A DNA stretch of 64,000 nt from Octopus bimaculoides. Taxonomy: Eukaryota. The position numbers were made by a program, and so were the translations under genes. A model generated the notes under the pieces. That model was not told where the DNA came from and ran no database searches. It saw only the letters and a list, made by a program, of their open reading frames with translations. Below, piece by piece: positions 37,723 through 50,120 of the stretch (its first letter is position 1; every line of letters starts with the position of its first letter). The stretch lies in NCBI RefSeq assembly GCF_001194135.2, contig NC_068983.1, positions 155,624,647 through 155,688,646 on the forward strand. Reading direction: 5' to 3'.

Positions 37723-39097
37723 TACAAATAGTACATGAAGAACTGGCACAAAAGGTGACAGCATTAGAGGCCAAATTGAAAAGATATGAAGCCAGATGCA
37801 AAGGTTTCGAACAGAATAAACTGTTCCAATCAAATAGAAGGCATCTATTTGAGGAAATAGAAGGAGACCAACATCAGGAGCTGATTCTAGATGCGGAGGA
37901 AAGTAAGGAATTTTGGGGAAGGCTGTGGAACAGTCCGGCGAGACATAAAGAAAGCCCGGAGTCACTAACAAAGGTGAAAAGACAACTTGCAACTGTACCA
38001 AGAGAAAAAGACGTCAGGATTAATCTATACACACTGAGACAAAAGTTCAAAAATAAATAGTAAATTGTAAAGGACATGACCTGGGTTGGAGTACAAGGCT
38101 ATTGGCTGAAGAACTTTACACAGTTGCATCGAAGGATCACTGCGCAACTGGATGATTGCTCACCTAGATGTCAACTGGACGAACGCTACTATGCCTCGAG
38201 GATCCCTTGAAAGGGAACTTGACATCACATTTTTGACCTATACCTGTGTACCACTTATGTGGAAGTTTGTGACCGGTGTCTTGGCGGAAGAGTTATACAA
38301 GCATCTGGAAAGTAACAATCTACTTCCAGAAGAACAGAAAGGATGCAGTCAACAAAGTAGGGCAACAAAAATTGATAAAATGATAAATTAGAAATTGTAG
38401 ATACAGATTGACGGGACTGAATGTTGCATGGCTAGATTACAAAAATGCATATGAGATGGTATCACACACTTGGATAAGTAAAACAATGAGCATGCTTGGA
38501 ATAGCAAAAAAAAAAAAAACACATGGAGAAAATGTTTAATGAAAGTATGAAACATTGAAATACTGAAATGATCGGAAGAAAACAAAAGCTGGGAAAAGTG
38601 AACAACAGACGTGGAATATTCCAAGGTGACAACTTCTCACCCTTACTATTCGTACTGGCCATGACACCGTTCACTATTATACTATGAGAAGTGGCACACA
38701 TTGTGACAGAATGTCACAAGTTGGCACAGGAATAATATAAGAAACAGAGGCATGACGAGGCTGTAAAAGTGTTACGCTGGAAACTGCCAGAAATGGGGAT
38801 TTAAAGCTGGAAACATATGGTGCAATCATCGAGTCGAAAGAGTACTGGAGTTGGAGAAATGTAAGATTTTGTGGGACTTTCCTATTCAAACGGACAAGAA
38901 GATAGGAACTAATAGACCAGTCATAACAATTGTAGATAAGGAAAAGCGAAGCTGTTTGCTTGGAACGGCAAGAATAACCAGAAAAGCATTAGATGGCTGA
39001 AAAGAATGGATAGCATCGCACTGTAGGCTGCTGGAAGCAAGTCCGCTACGCATGCAAGACACCAGGAGTTCCAACAAAACCTGTGATAAAGAGAAAT
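37723..39097 (+). mobile_element. R4/Dong-clade non-LTR retrotransposon, 5'-truncated and internally deleted
   Basis: EELAQKVTALEAKLKRY..QNKLFQSN; VQGYWLKNF; LPEEQKG; WLDYKNAYEMV; GIFQGDNFSPLLF; then a jump to AHIVTECHKLAQ..RHD..ILWDFPIQTDK..NRP (restriction-like endonuclease region); ends in (AAT)n. Confidence 0.88.
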
Positions 39098-39370
39098 GAT
39101 AATAATAATGATAACAATAATAATGATAATAATTCCTAATATAGGCACAAGGCCTCAAATTTGTTAGTTACATAGAGTTCAAAAAATGTAAAAATTAGAT
39201 GGGTTTGAAGCGTGTGCACAGAAATATCTCAAAAGCAGTGAGGTAACAGTAATATTTTAGACAATATGTATATCTTCACAGTTAAGGAAATGTTTGGAAA
39301 TGCCACTGCTTGGAAATGCGCATGTCTGTGCCTCATTTGCTAAGACTGCAAAGTACTCCACTCAGCTGAC

Positions 39371-39760
39371 GGTTGTTGTTGTTGGCACTCCGTCGCTTGC
39401 GACGTCCAGGGTTCCAGTTGATCCGATCAACGGAGCAACCTGCTCGTGAAATTAACGTGCAAGTGCCTGAGCGCTCCACAGACACGTGTACCCTTAACGT
39501 AGTTCTCGGGTATATTCATCGTGACACAGTGTGACAAGGCTGACCCTTTGAATTACAGGCACAACTGAAACAGGAAGAAAGAGTGAGAGAAAGTTGTGGT
39601 GGAAGAAAACAGTAGGGTTCGCCAACATCCCCCGCCGGAGCCTCGTGGAGCTTTTAGGTGTTTTCGCTCAATAAACACTCACAACGCTCGGTCTGGGAAT
39701 CGAAACCGCGATCCTATGACCACGAGTCCGCTGCCCTAACCACTGGGCCATTGCGCCTCC
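39371..39760 (-). mobile_element. SINE family C, full length with (CAA)n tail
   Basis: Reverse complement of 10939-11310. Confidence 0.9.
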
Positions 39761-39881
39761 CGAATGTTGACGGTAAATGGAACGTTTCCGCAGTAGAATA
39801 CCTTCCTTCAACAGAAAGCAAAACATCAGACTGTCCAGCCTGTTCAGGCGTGAATTGAAATAAGACGCAACAGTCAGGCGA

Positions 39882-39933
39882 TAATAGATGGCGGTAATAG
39901 ATGGCGGTAATAGATGGCGGTAATAGATGGCGG
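39882..39933. repeat. 13-bp tandem repeat TAATAGATGGCGG x4
   Basis: Four exact copies inside the Tx1-like coding remnant. Confidence 0.95.
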
Positions 39934-40149
39934 TTACAATGTAGACGTTTGCCACCTACCTTCACCCAATCATTCATGGGTAGCTTCCTCTCAGCTAATT
40001 TGCAAAATGAGACTTGCCACCCTGGCTGTCAGTTCTTCCCCGGACCTTTCCAACTGGAGATCTGAACTAAACCAGATCTCGAGCAATTTATTCGTTCCGT
40101 ACATCCAGTGCACTACGACGCTGTGAGACAACATGGATCTACAACTCCA

Positions 40150-40404
40150 GAGGCGCGTAGATTAGTGGTTAGGGTGTTGGATCGTAAGATTGTGGTTTCG
40201 ATTCCTGGACCGGGTGACATGTTGTGTTCTTGAGCGAAACACTTCATTTCACGTTGCTCCCGTCCACTCAGTTAGCAAAAATGAGTAATCCTGCGACAGA
40301 CCGCCATCCCGCCCAGGTGGGGAAAATATACGTCATGGAAACCAGGAAACAGGCCCTAATGAGTCAGCATGACTCGAGAAGGAAATTTTACCATTACCTT
40401 TACC
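40150..40404 (+). mobile_element. SINE family D, full length
   Basis: tRNA-like head, TTGTGTTCTTGAGCGAAACACTT core, (TTACC) tail; ACTCCAGA duplicated at 40144-40151 and 40405-40412. Confidence 0.85.
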
Positions 40405-41541
40405 ACTCCAGATGCCAAAGTGTCATCCGCATATGCCGACACAGTTTCAACGTTTCTAGTTTCTCTAGTTGGGTCTCTGGGGTTTATACATACGGACTAC
40501 ATTAGGGGGAAACTTCTTTAGAAAACTGATTACGTAATCTGAACGGTTTCGAATAGTGACCAGTTACCCCGAACGCCGAGCAAATGTCGCTGTACACTGT
40601 ACGATCCAACCCGTGGAAACGGGACTGGAACCGACTGCTTTGAGGACAGCCACAAAGAAATTGGTCGTCATCATACCGAAAGTTTTCGATTTATCTGAAC
40701 TGATCAGGACTCCACATGTGCCAGGTCCATTAAGTACTCGTCCTATGTTGTATCGCCATAAGTCGATATTATCGTGAATTGATCTGCTTCGGATGGCACA
40801 TGCCTACACCTCACCAACTGAATAATCGAAGACAAGCGACAGCTTCTTCATTAATACCTAGGCTAAAACTCTGAACTGTACGTCTTACAGAATAGGGGAT
40901 GGAAAATTATCAATGTGTTACCCTTTGTTCGGATCCATTCTTGATCCACCACTTCGCGGTTCACATAACGTGGAATTTTCCCCTTCTGTTGGGATAACTT
41001 GGATAATTTTCTATGTGAGTTGAAATGCTATTGGTTAGTGTGATTGAGTTACTGTATGTGATATTGATATTTATTGGTATGAGCTCCGTTAATATTTTAT
41101 TGTTTTTCGTAATGGTTGTGTAATTTGTAATTCCTTGCTTTTGTTCGTGTTCAGAGACGTGTACCGACTGTTGGTGCGTGTGTGAATTTGGTCGCGCTCT
41201 TGCTTACGATGGTGATGCCTGTGATAGAAGTCGTGGTGCTGATAGGACGGATGGGGACGGTGGGGATATTGGAGTTGATGTTGCTGGTTTAGCTGCTGTT
41301 GGCAGTGATTTTTGTGCATCGCTACTTAAAGCCATCTGCCCAATTTGTTCGTATGTTTCTTTTTTTTTTTTTCCCATTCTTACTGTTTGTCATTTGGTGT
41401 TCTCCTCGTCACTCCCATTACAGAAAATATCCGTATGGTATCGGTCGGGCTGAGATATGCTTTGGAGAGGTGATGTCTCTGAAGTTCATTATTTACATTA
41501 TTTACATTTGACAGATATTTGTCCTCATCTTGTTTGTTGTT

Positions 41542-41586
41542 AACACAACGTTTCGGCTGATGTACCCCCAGCCTTCATTAGGTGTC
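41542..41586 (-). ncRNA. Minimal type I hammerhead motif, G5A core variant
   Basis: GACAC-CUAAUGA-A-GGCUG(GGGGUACAU)CAGCC-GAAAC-GUU-GUGUU. Confidence 0.7.
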
Positions 41587-41637
41587 TTGGGGAAATTTCA
41601 AACCTGGGTTCTCATTCCTAAGATATTTTCGATGTTA

Positions 41638-41714
<77 letters not shown>

Positions 41715-41971
41715 NNNNNNNNNNNNNNNNNNNNNNNNNNNNNNNNNNNNNNNNNNNNNNNNNNNNNNNNNNNNNNNNNNNNNNNNNNNNNNNNNNNNNN
41801 NNNNNNNNNNNNNNNNNNNNNNNNNNNNNNNNNNNNNNNNNNNNNNNNNNNNNNNNNNNNNNNNNNNNNNNNNNNNNNNNNNNNNNNNNNNNNNNNNNNN
41901 NNNNNNNNNNNNNNNNNNNNNNNNNNNNNNNNNNNNNNNNNNNNNNNNNNNNNNNNNNNNNNNNNNNNNNN

Positions 41972-42074
<103 letters not shown>

Positions 42075-42121
42075 TCGAAAAATACCTTAGGAATGAGAAC
42101 CCAGGTTTGAAATTTCCCCAA

Positions 42122-42166
42122 GACACCTAATGAAGGCTGGGGGTACATCAGCCGAAACGTTGTGTT
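42122..42166 (+). ncRNA. Minimal type I hammerhead motif, G5A core variant
   Basis: Identical to the reverse complement of 41542-41586. Confidence 0.7.
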
Positions 42167-42256
42167 AACAACAAACAAAACGAGGACAAATATCCGCCAA
42201 ATGTAAATAATGTACATAATTCCTCATCTCTTAAATATAGAACTGTAGTCTCTGAA

Positions 42257-43140
42257 ATTGTTTTGTTGATAGAGTTATTGTTTTGGGGGTTTCTGTTGCT
42301 GTTTGTTTTGCTCCCGTCTGTGACCCTTGATGCTGGTGTGGTCTTTTTCTTCTTTTTGTTTTTCGTTGTTGATAATTTCATTGCTATTTCTGTTGTTGTC
42401 ACTGCTGTAGATGCTGCTGTATCTTTTGTTCCTTCTGTTGATACTGCTGTTTTCACAGCTTCTACTTTTGTTATTAGTTATTAGTGTTGTTATAGCCAAC
42501 TGCTACTGCTGTTTCTGCTGCGGCACTTTCTACTGGTTCTGCTGTCTCTACTGCTACTGCTGTTTCTGCTGGTGTTGTTGTTGTTGTGATGGTATTATCG
42601 ATGGTGTCAACAGAAGTGGAAGTTTCTCTTCTTTCCTTTGCTGTCGACAGAGAGCCTTGAGCTGCTTTTTGCTATCACACAAGTGATACCTCCTCCTTTT
42701 ACCTCCAACGGCCACATGAAGTTTCGTATCATATGACAGTGAATTAAGTCCGGGAAAAATTTCATGCACCATTTAGACTAACACTAACATCTATTGAGCC
42801 AATCAGTTTTGTTTCTGAAGTCTCGGCTCCTGCAAAAGATTGGTTTTGTCTGCTATATCGGAGAAGACTGCCACCGCAAACCATATGCTTTTGTACTCCA
42901 GACGAGTGTGATGTTCTTTTCAATTTGTTGCTATGGTTTTGTATACCACAATTTCTCAGTTCGTTTCTCCCAATATGGCTTCAGGATTAAGAGTAACGTT
43001 TCTTTCAGTTTTTTTTTTTTATTTCAATTTACTTATTTCTAAATCAGCCCTCGATAAATTCATATTTTCCTGTATTTAGCGCGCTGCAGCTTTGAAACCC
43101 TCAACGTTGGGTTTTCGAGTGTTATTTTTCTCAGTAGTTA
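42257..43140 (-). mobile_element. LINE ORF1 remnant with decayed zinc knuckle and A/T/E/V-rich tail
   Basis: LHVAVGGKRRRYHLCDSKKQLKALC (degenerate CX2CX4HX4C), then ETAVAVETAEPVESAAAE low complexity; same strand as, and upstream of, the Tx1-like RT. Confidence 0.55.
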
Positions 43141-43689
43141 CGTTGGTATTAATTGTGACGGTGGCTGCGTAGGTAGCATTTGCAGGTGTGAAGTATAAAC
43201 AATTTATTTTTCCTTCTTCCTCTTTTTACTGTTTACTTTTGTTGTTTTTGTGCTCGTTGTTGCTGTCTGTTTTTTTTCTGTCATTGCTGGTGATGGCAGT
43301 GGTGGTATTGGCTTTTCGTCTCAGTTGTTGTTGGTTTTGTTTTTGTCAAGTTCTTTGTTAACTTGTAATAGTGAGAAATTATCATTTGTATTGTGTTGTC
43401 TGTTGGAACAGTCAACTGCCAACTGGTTTTGAGCAGCCATATTGTTTTGTTATTGTAAGCGTAATTTTCGATTTTAAAATTTAAGATGTTGCCTCTAAGT
43501 GGCGAATATGTCAAAGACAAACAACCTAGAATATGCTGGTTAGCTTAACAAACTGGTACAACAAAGAGGAATAACAGGTTTCTTGAAAACAATAAAATTC
43601 AAAGAAAACCCATGAATTCCAAAACGACATCGTTCAGTTCCAAATGCAGTAACAACAACAACAATAATAATCAATAATAATAATAGTGA

Positions 43690-43872
43690 TAATGGTTTCA
43701 AATTTTGGCGCAATGTCAGCAATTTTCGGGGTTGTGGGGGTAAGTCGATTACTTATTTTATCGATCCCGAAAGGATAAATGGCGAAGTCTACCACAACGA
43801 AATTTGAACTCAGAAGGCAAAGCCGGATGAAATGCTGATAAGTATTTTGTTCGGAATACTGGCGATCCCACT
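43690..43872 (-). mobile_element. SINE family B
   Basis: TTTATCGATCCCGAAAGGAT...AATTTGAACTCAGAA motifs. Confidence 0.7.
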
Positions 43873-43889
43873 AGCTCCATGTCTCAATG

Positions 43890-44110
<221 letters not shown>

Positions 44111-46082
44111 AGGGTTTCGATTTTGACAAAGCATGAAAATAATTTTGGAGTGGTGTCTTAACAGATTAAATTGACTCTAATTCTTAATTCGTAGTTTACT
44201 CTAACGATACCGGAAGGACCAAAGACGACGCTGGCTTTGGTGGATTTCAGCTTAGCAAAATTCGTAATTATATAAGGAAACTCACTTATTTATGAAGTTC
44301 TCATGATTCTGCTAATCCATAATAATTTCTAACATTGGTACAAAGCCAGAAATGTTAGGATAGGGAACAGCTGAGCAATTCGATCTTAATAATTGATTGG
44401 TACTTAATTATTAGTCTTGGGTATCGTGAATGTTAGGGTGTTGGTGGTGATTGTTCATGTAAGTGTCAGGAATATTATTGATTGAAGTTCTCCACGGCAA
44501 CAGACTATGCCGCTCTAATTTCAAACTCGATTTTTTTTTCTCATCAAAATGGGAATGTGTTAAGTCAAACTAGATACCTGGAGAGATTTCGTTCGCCGTA
44601 CAACCTGTTCTATCTATCGACATCAGCGATTTCAATCACTCCTCCTTGGTACATATGACGTCAGCGGTCAGCGTAAGTTACTTAACATCTGATAAAGAGA
44701 CTTCATTGGCGAATATGATATTTAAACAGGCTTCTGAATAGCCGTGCAAGATTTTTGACATGCGCATTACCTAACTAGTTGCTATGCCGAACTGGTAATT
44801 GTCATGAAAGAACGTAAACACTGAAAGCAAGACAGCGGCAAAATAGCGAAGATTTATGTTTATAACAGCCAAGAAGCGAAATGATGAGAGCTTTCTAACT
44901 ATCTTGCATGTTTCGAGGTTTTCGAATCTCCTTTTACTGGAATAGCAATGTTTTGTATGACTACAGAATAATGTAACACACTGCACAGTTTTGTTGCGTG
45001 GAGAATGTACTTACTTTAGGAACGTAATGTTGTGCAATGTTTGTGAGTGATGTGTTGTGCAGGGAAGGAGGTACTGGGAATAGTGGCTAATACTGGGTCT
45101 GAGGATGTCAGGCGATAAAATATGGGATCCAAGAAAAGAGGCGCAAGAGCCGGGGATACCTGACAATAGGAGATACGAGACAAACCAGGTCCTAAGAGTA
45201 GAGACCACTTTAGTAATGATGTGTAGTGTTGATTATTATAATCCAATCTAATATAACGATATTGTATAGTATAGAGAAATGGAGCATATTGTCGTGAAGT
45301 GTTGCGATATTTGATACCAAGATTGATATGTTCAATGTAGATATCTGATTCTACCTCAAAGCTGCAGCTGAATTTAATATCCAAATATTGCAATATTCAA
45401 TTATAACAATCTCTCTATGTTGATTGCTTGAAGAGTTATATATCCTAGGAGATGAGTAACCCCATCTAGGATCTCATGGGTATAGGAACATTGCTAAACT
45501 GCTGTTGATCATATTGATGCTACTACTATCGACATTGTTGTTCTTGTCATGAAATTTTTATTTCATTTTGTTTAAAGATATTGAAATGATATCCAGCAAA
45601 TGACGTATTTTATATTATCAACTACAAAGTTCATTGTTGTTCCTGCTGATATTTTTGCAGTTGTTGTTGGTAAAGTTATTGAACGCGCACCTCACTAGCG
45701 ATCTATTTGATTTACATCCATATTATTGATGTTTATGAGTAGAGGTTTGTAAATTTGAAGTCGATTGGATCGGATCTGGTACTCTGGTACTTGTTTTATT
45801 GGACAGAATCTCCAGAAAGTGAACGGTTAGCATGAATTCCTTTGCTACCCCCACCACCCACAGTGAGGGGTTGAACACAATGACTAACATTTATGCCTAT
45901 AATATGGATCTCATTTGAGCAGAAGCTGCATCGTAGGGTTTTAGTGATGCGGAAAATAAGATGTAAGACTTCCTTGCTTTTCTCAAGAATACTAACGATG
46001 TAATGGAAATGAAATGGCTTTAACCGCTATTTGAAACCGAATTGCTACCCAATTCTCTGTTTCCTCAATGTGTATGCTAACG

Positions 46083-46138
<56 letters not shown>

Positions 46139-46599
46139 NNNNNNNNNNTATATATATATATGCATATGTGTGTAGATATCGTGCATTCAATATCTATAGA
46201 CACGAATACACAGATCATGCAAACACACACATTTATAAATATATCTATGTAAGTATGAGTGTATAGTGAAAACAAGAGCATTATTTTTGCTTTATAAATT
46301 TTTCTGTTATGCTTTTCCAGCTTCCAGGCTATGATTTTGTTTGTGGTACCATCGATACGACGCAAATAATGTATAATATTTTCTTTTTATTCGCTAGCAA
46401 AGAAAATAAAAACAAAAAAATATATATGTAAAAATCTATCAAATGCAACATATTTCAAGAAAAGGAAAGTTTCTTATTAAAACTACAAAATAGACATATT
46501 TTCAATACCACAAGCAAAAACAGAGAAGCTGCACCCTACATATTCCTATATTTACATTCCTATATATCTCTCTTCCTCTCTATCTGAATCTATCAATTT

Positions 46600-46704
46600 G
46601 TTTATAGACGTACATATCTATACATACATGGTTATATGTGCGTATACATACATACGTACATGCATACATGCATGCATGCATACATACATATATGGATACA
46701 TACA

Positions 46705-46737
<33 letters not shown>

Positions 46738-46808
46738 GGATACATACATACATACATACATACATACATGCATACATGCATACATACATACATACATATA
46801 TGGATACA

Positions 46809-46844
<36 letters not shown>

Positions 46845-46860
46845 TACATACATGCATACG
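46600..46860. repeat. (ATAC)n tract with recurring ATATATGG and ATGC interruptions
   Basis: Direct inspection. Confidence 0.9.
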
Positions 46861-48777
46861 TGTGTATTTATAGGCATCTATATGCCTCATGTGTCGAGCA
46901 AATGTGGACAAAGCCTGCGTAATGAATGGAACAATTGACAATTGTCGATTTTAGTTAAGATGAATAGAGCTAATTGGCAAGATGTTATAACACTGCCTTT
47001 GTTCTTGCCTCTTGAACATCACCAATAGCCTCCAGGAAAACAATTTTAATTGGAGAACAGCGGATAACCAATGATTTTTAACCATCAGTCGTTTTTGAAA
47101 CAACAACCACCTTGAGAACGTATGCAAGAAAAGTCTTTAGCGTTCCAAGAACAATTTATATGAGAAATCATGATATGCTGATACTTGTGTAGTTAAAACT
47201 CTCAGCATTATGCTTTTGTTTGATTCTGCTCAGGGGCAGTGAAGATGGTTAACATATGAGACTGTCAAGCAGGATACTTTATAGCAGCCCAAATCAGTTA
47301 TTTGGATTCTGTCCTGTTATATCAAAGGAGGAGCTGACAGTTCGCATCATTCGCACCACATAATCAACGCTGAAATTTGTGGGTACTAAAGTTATCAACA
47401 TTTATTACATTGACCTAATTCATTTTGCAGCAAAGATATATATCTTACATGAACACCGATGCCTTATGGTTTATAGGGATTAGGAGAAATGTGATGACAA
47501 GAATTTCATATTTGTTTCAAAGATATTAGTAAGATAAATTAATGGAAAATATTAGAAACGTGATATGAAATCAAATCCATATGCATGGTCTGAATATGTC
47601 AGTAATTTATAAAGTTATTTGTTCCTTTCTGTTTTATTGTTTTGTTTTTATAGGAGCTTTACGATTCATGAAGCGATGTGTAGGTTTTAGCCTGGTTTAT
47701 GACACTGAAAATGATATGATAAGAACGGGATAAATGCTATGTACTAAGAAGAAAAGTAAACTTAATTGTTAAGTAACTGCGAACATAGATAATACAGAAT
47801 ATTAATCAAATTACAAATTCTAAAAAGAGTAAAGGAGATTGACAGATATTGATTAATATTGTACGTATAACATTCAATAAATAAATAAAAGGTTTTATAA
47901 TCACAGGTAAAGTTTAACCAAGATTAAATTACATTTTGATTGATCAAAAACAATACATAAATACAAATAATAATACTGCATTGGGCAAATATGGCAGGTA
48001 ACTTCTGTCATGTTGCTCATTTTACCACATTCAACGAATTAGTAATCGGTGAATCATTAAGTGAATCATGTCCTGGGTTGTTTTCCGTAATTATTGAAAT
48101 GGTTTAAATAGTGTTTGTTATTGATTCACAGATGTTCTGGTTAGTATTCAATCGCATTACTCTGAAAATTCTGAGGCTTATAAAGGTCGTGAGAAGCACG
48201 ACTGTTAACGAGCTGCGGATAAAATATAAACAAATCCAAATATACCCTAAGAATAATGAAAGAAGCGTGAGAAAAATGTCTAACCCCAGAGAAAGTAGCA
48301 TTAATATCTAACTAGTATTCCTGTGAATATTACATTTTAAAATGATTTTTCTTAATAAGATACGATACAAATAAAAACACTATCAGACGTCGTCATATAA
48401 TACACACGAAGTACAGAAGTCACCCGTAAACGATAAATACTATAAAAATAAACTTCTATATATACTGCATATTTTCTTTGACAGCAAACGAACTATATTA
48501 TATGTAAATAGGAAGAAATCTAAAAAAAACAAAATGAAAAACATAGGTGTAAAGAACTATTCAAATACACAACACGCACTAACTATCCTAGCTGAACAAG
48601 ATAGAATAAACGGTGTTAGTTTAATCTTGCAAACTGTCAAACAAAGTTCCAGCAACACTTATTAAGGATGGTGTTAAGATAAATCTGAATTTCTTTGAAC
48701 TGCTTCATATCTGAAGGAAAGTCAGATTTTTTTGAAAAATACATTACTTGCATTATCCAATAGTCAACACTTACATA

Positions 48778-48779
<2 letters not shown>

Positions 48780-48818
<39 letters not shown>

Positions 48819-48829
48819 TTACTACCACT

Positions 48830-48891
<62 letters not shown>

Positions 48892-48895
48892 CAAT

Positions 48896-48957
<62 letters not shown>

Positions 48958-48972
48958 TAATAAAAATAATAA
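48780..48972. repeat. (TAC)n/(GTA)n/(AAT)n compound microsatellite
   Basis: Direct inspection. Confidence 0.95.
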
Positions 48973-48974
48973 GG

Positions 48975-49127
48975 AAGTATAATATTAAAAGGGCCTGAAA
49001 GTGGTAATGGAGGAACTGAAACAGCGCCTCGTTGCAAAGATAGCAAAGATGGTAAGATACGACCAAATAATGAAGGGTTACCACCAGAATAGGTTATTCA
49101 GAGTAGAGCAGAAGAGATTCTATAAAG
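48975..49127 (+). mobile_element. R4/Dong ORF fragment
   Basis: KGLKVVMEELKQRLVAKIAKMVRYDQIMKGYHQNRLFRVEQKRFYK, homologous to the start of 37723-39097. Confidence 0.75.
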
Positions 49128-49269
49128 ACAAACAAATGTGTGGTATTGAGCAGAATATTTGCTGTAGCCGATCTGTTATACCAAACAAAACAATGTACAT
49201 GATGACACTTCCAATCAATTAAGATCAGAAGCCATGAGAGCCACTGCCTGGTACTGCATCCGAGCATTT
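49127..49269. mobile_element. Partial copy of non-coding repeat E
   Basis: Close match to 54104-54222, plus about 25 extra terminal bases. Confidence 0.8.
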
Positions 49270-49308
49270 ATCATTACTATTATTTTTATTATTATTATTA
49301 TTTTTATT

Positions 49309-49714
49309 GTTCAGTTGTTTTATTTTTATAACGTGCTTTCACTTCACTACCGAGCGCAGCTCTGTGCCCCTTGGGTATGTGCTGTGGTTTGCTGTGGTGC
49401 TCTTATGTTTACTGTATTGAAAGTGTTTTGCGTAGAATGTGTGCAGTACCCAGTAGTGCAATTTTCTGTATGTTATATATATTTGTAAGTCCTGGTATTT
49501 TTGTTATGTATTTGTCTGAATATTTTTTAATTATATCTAAGGCACCTACTATGATAGGAATTGTTTCTGTTTTTAGACTCCACATTCGAGTTATCTCTAT
49601 TTCCAGGTCTTTGTATTTTGAAAGTTTTTCCATTTTTTTTCGAGAAATGTTGTCATCTGCTGGTATTGATACATCAATTAGAAAGCATTTTCTTTCTTCA
49701 TGATCTTTGACAAC
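49309..49714 (-). mobile_element. R4/Dong-clade LINE 3' end (young subfamily)
   Basis: CFLIDVSIPADDNISRKKMEKLSKYKDLEIEITRMW...IQKIALLGTAHILRKTLSIQ*, 3' UTR and (AAT)n tail. Confidence 0.9.
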
Positions 49715-49780
<66 letters not shown>

Positions 49781-49789
49781 CTTTTCTAC

Positions 49790-50120
49790 AATATGCACAA
49801 GCCTTGGATTTCGTGGACAGGCAGACAGTCGATCACATCGACCATAGTTCTCAAACGGTATTTAATTTATCGACCCCGAAATGCTGAATGGCAAATTCGA
49901 CCTTGGCGGATTTTGAACTCAGGACAATATGGTAAAATGCGAAACGTGACCGAAGTTTGCTGCCATATTTGCACAATTCGGTATTTCTATTTATGCGAAT
50001 AAGAACAAATCTAAATCAAATCAAATATAATAACGGTTTCAAATTTTGGCGCAATGCCAGTAATATCAAGGGAGAGGGTTAGTCGATTACATCGATCCGA
50101 GTGTTCAACTGGTACTTATT
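49790..50120 (-). mobile_element. Two adjacent SINE family B pieces
   Basis: 49790-49985 and 50040-50120 both carry family B motifs. Confidence 0.7.

Larger units (their letters stand above)
39150..41010 (-). mobile_element. Tx1/L1-like LINE ORF2 (RT) remnant interrupted by two SINEs
   Basis: RSRSIHDNI..SDKSKTF..VAVLKAVG..VSAYADDT (about 40415-40445)..KLLEIWF..ANVYIVTAIYYRLTV. Confidence 0.85.

Noticed and set aside
39882-39933. Short direct repeats as a possible CRISPR-like array
   Set aside because: Head-to-tail with no spacers, eukaryotic context and no cas genes.
44990-45400. Purine-rich stretch faintly resembling zinc-knuckle coding sequence
   Set aside because: Could not recover a CCHC motif or any other motif convincingly by eye.
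48104-48311. Short ORFs on both strands with S4-like basic spacing (LKILRLIKVVR on plus, LRIFRVMRL on minus)
   Set aside because: The pattern appears on both strands of the same bases, which suggests compositional coincidence. No S5/S6 or flanking exons are visible. A tblastn against channel proteins would settle it.
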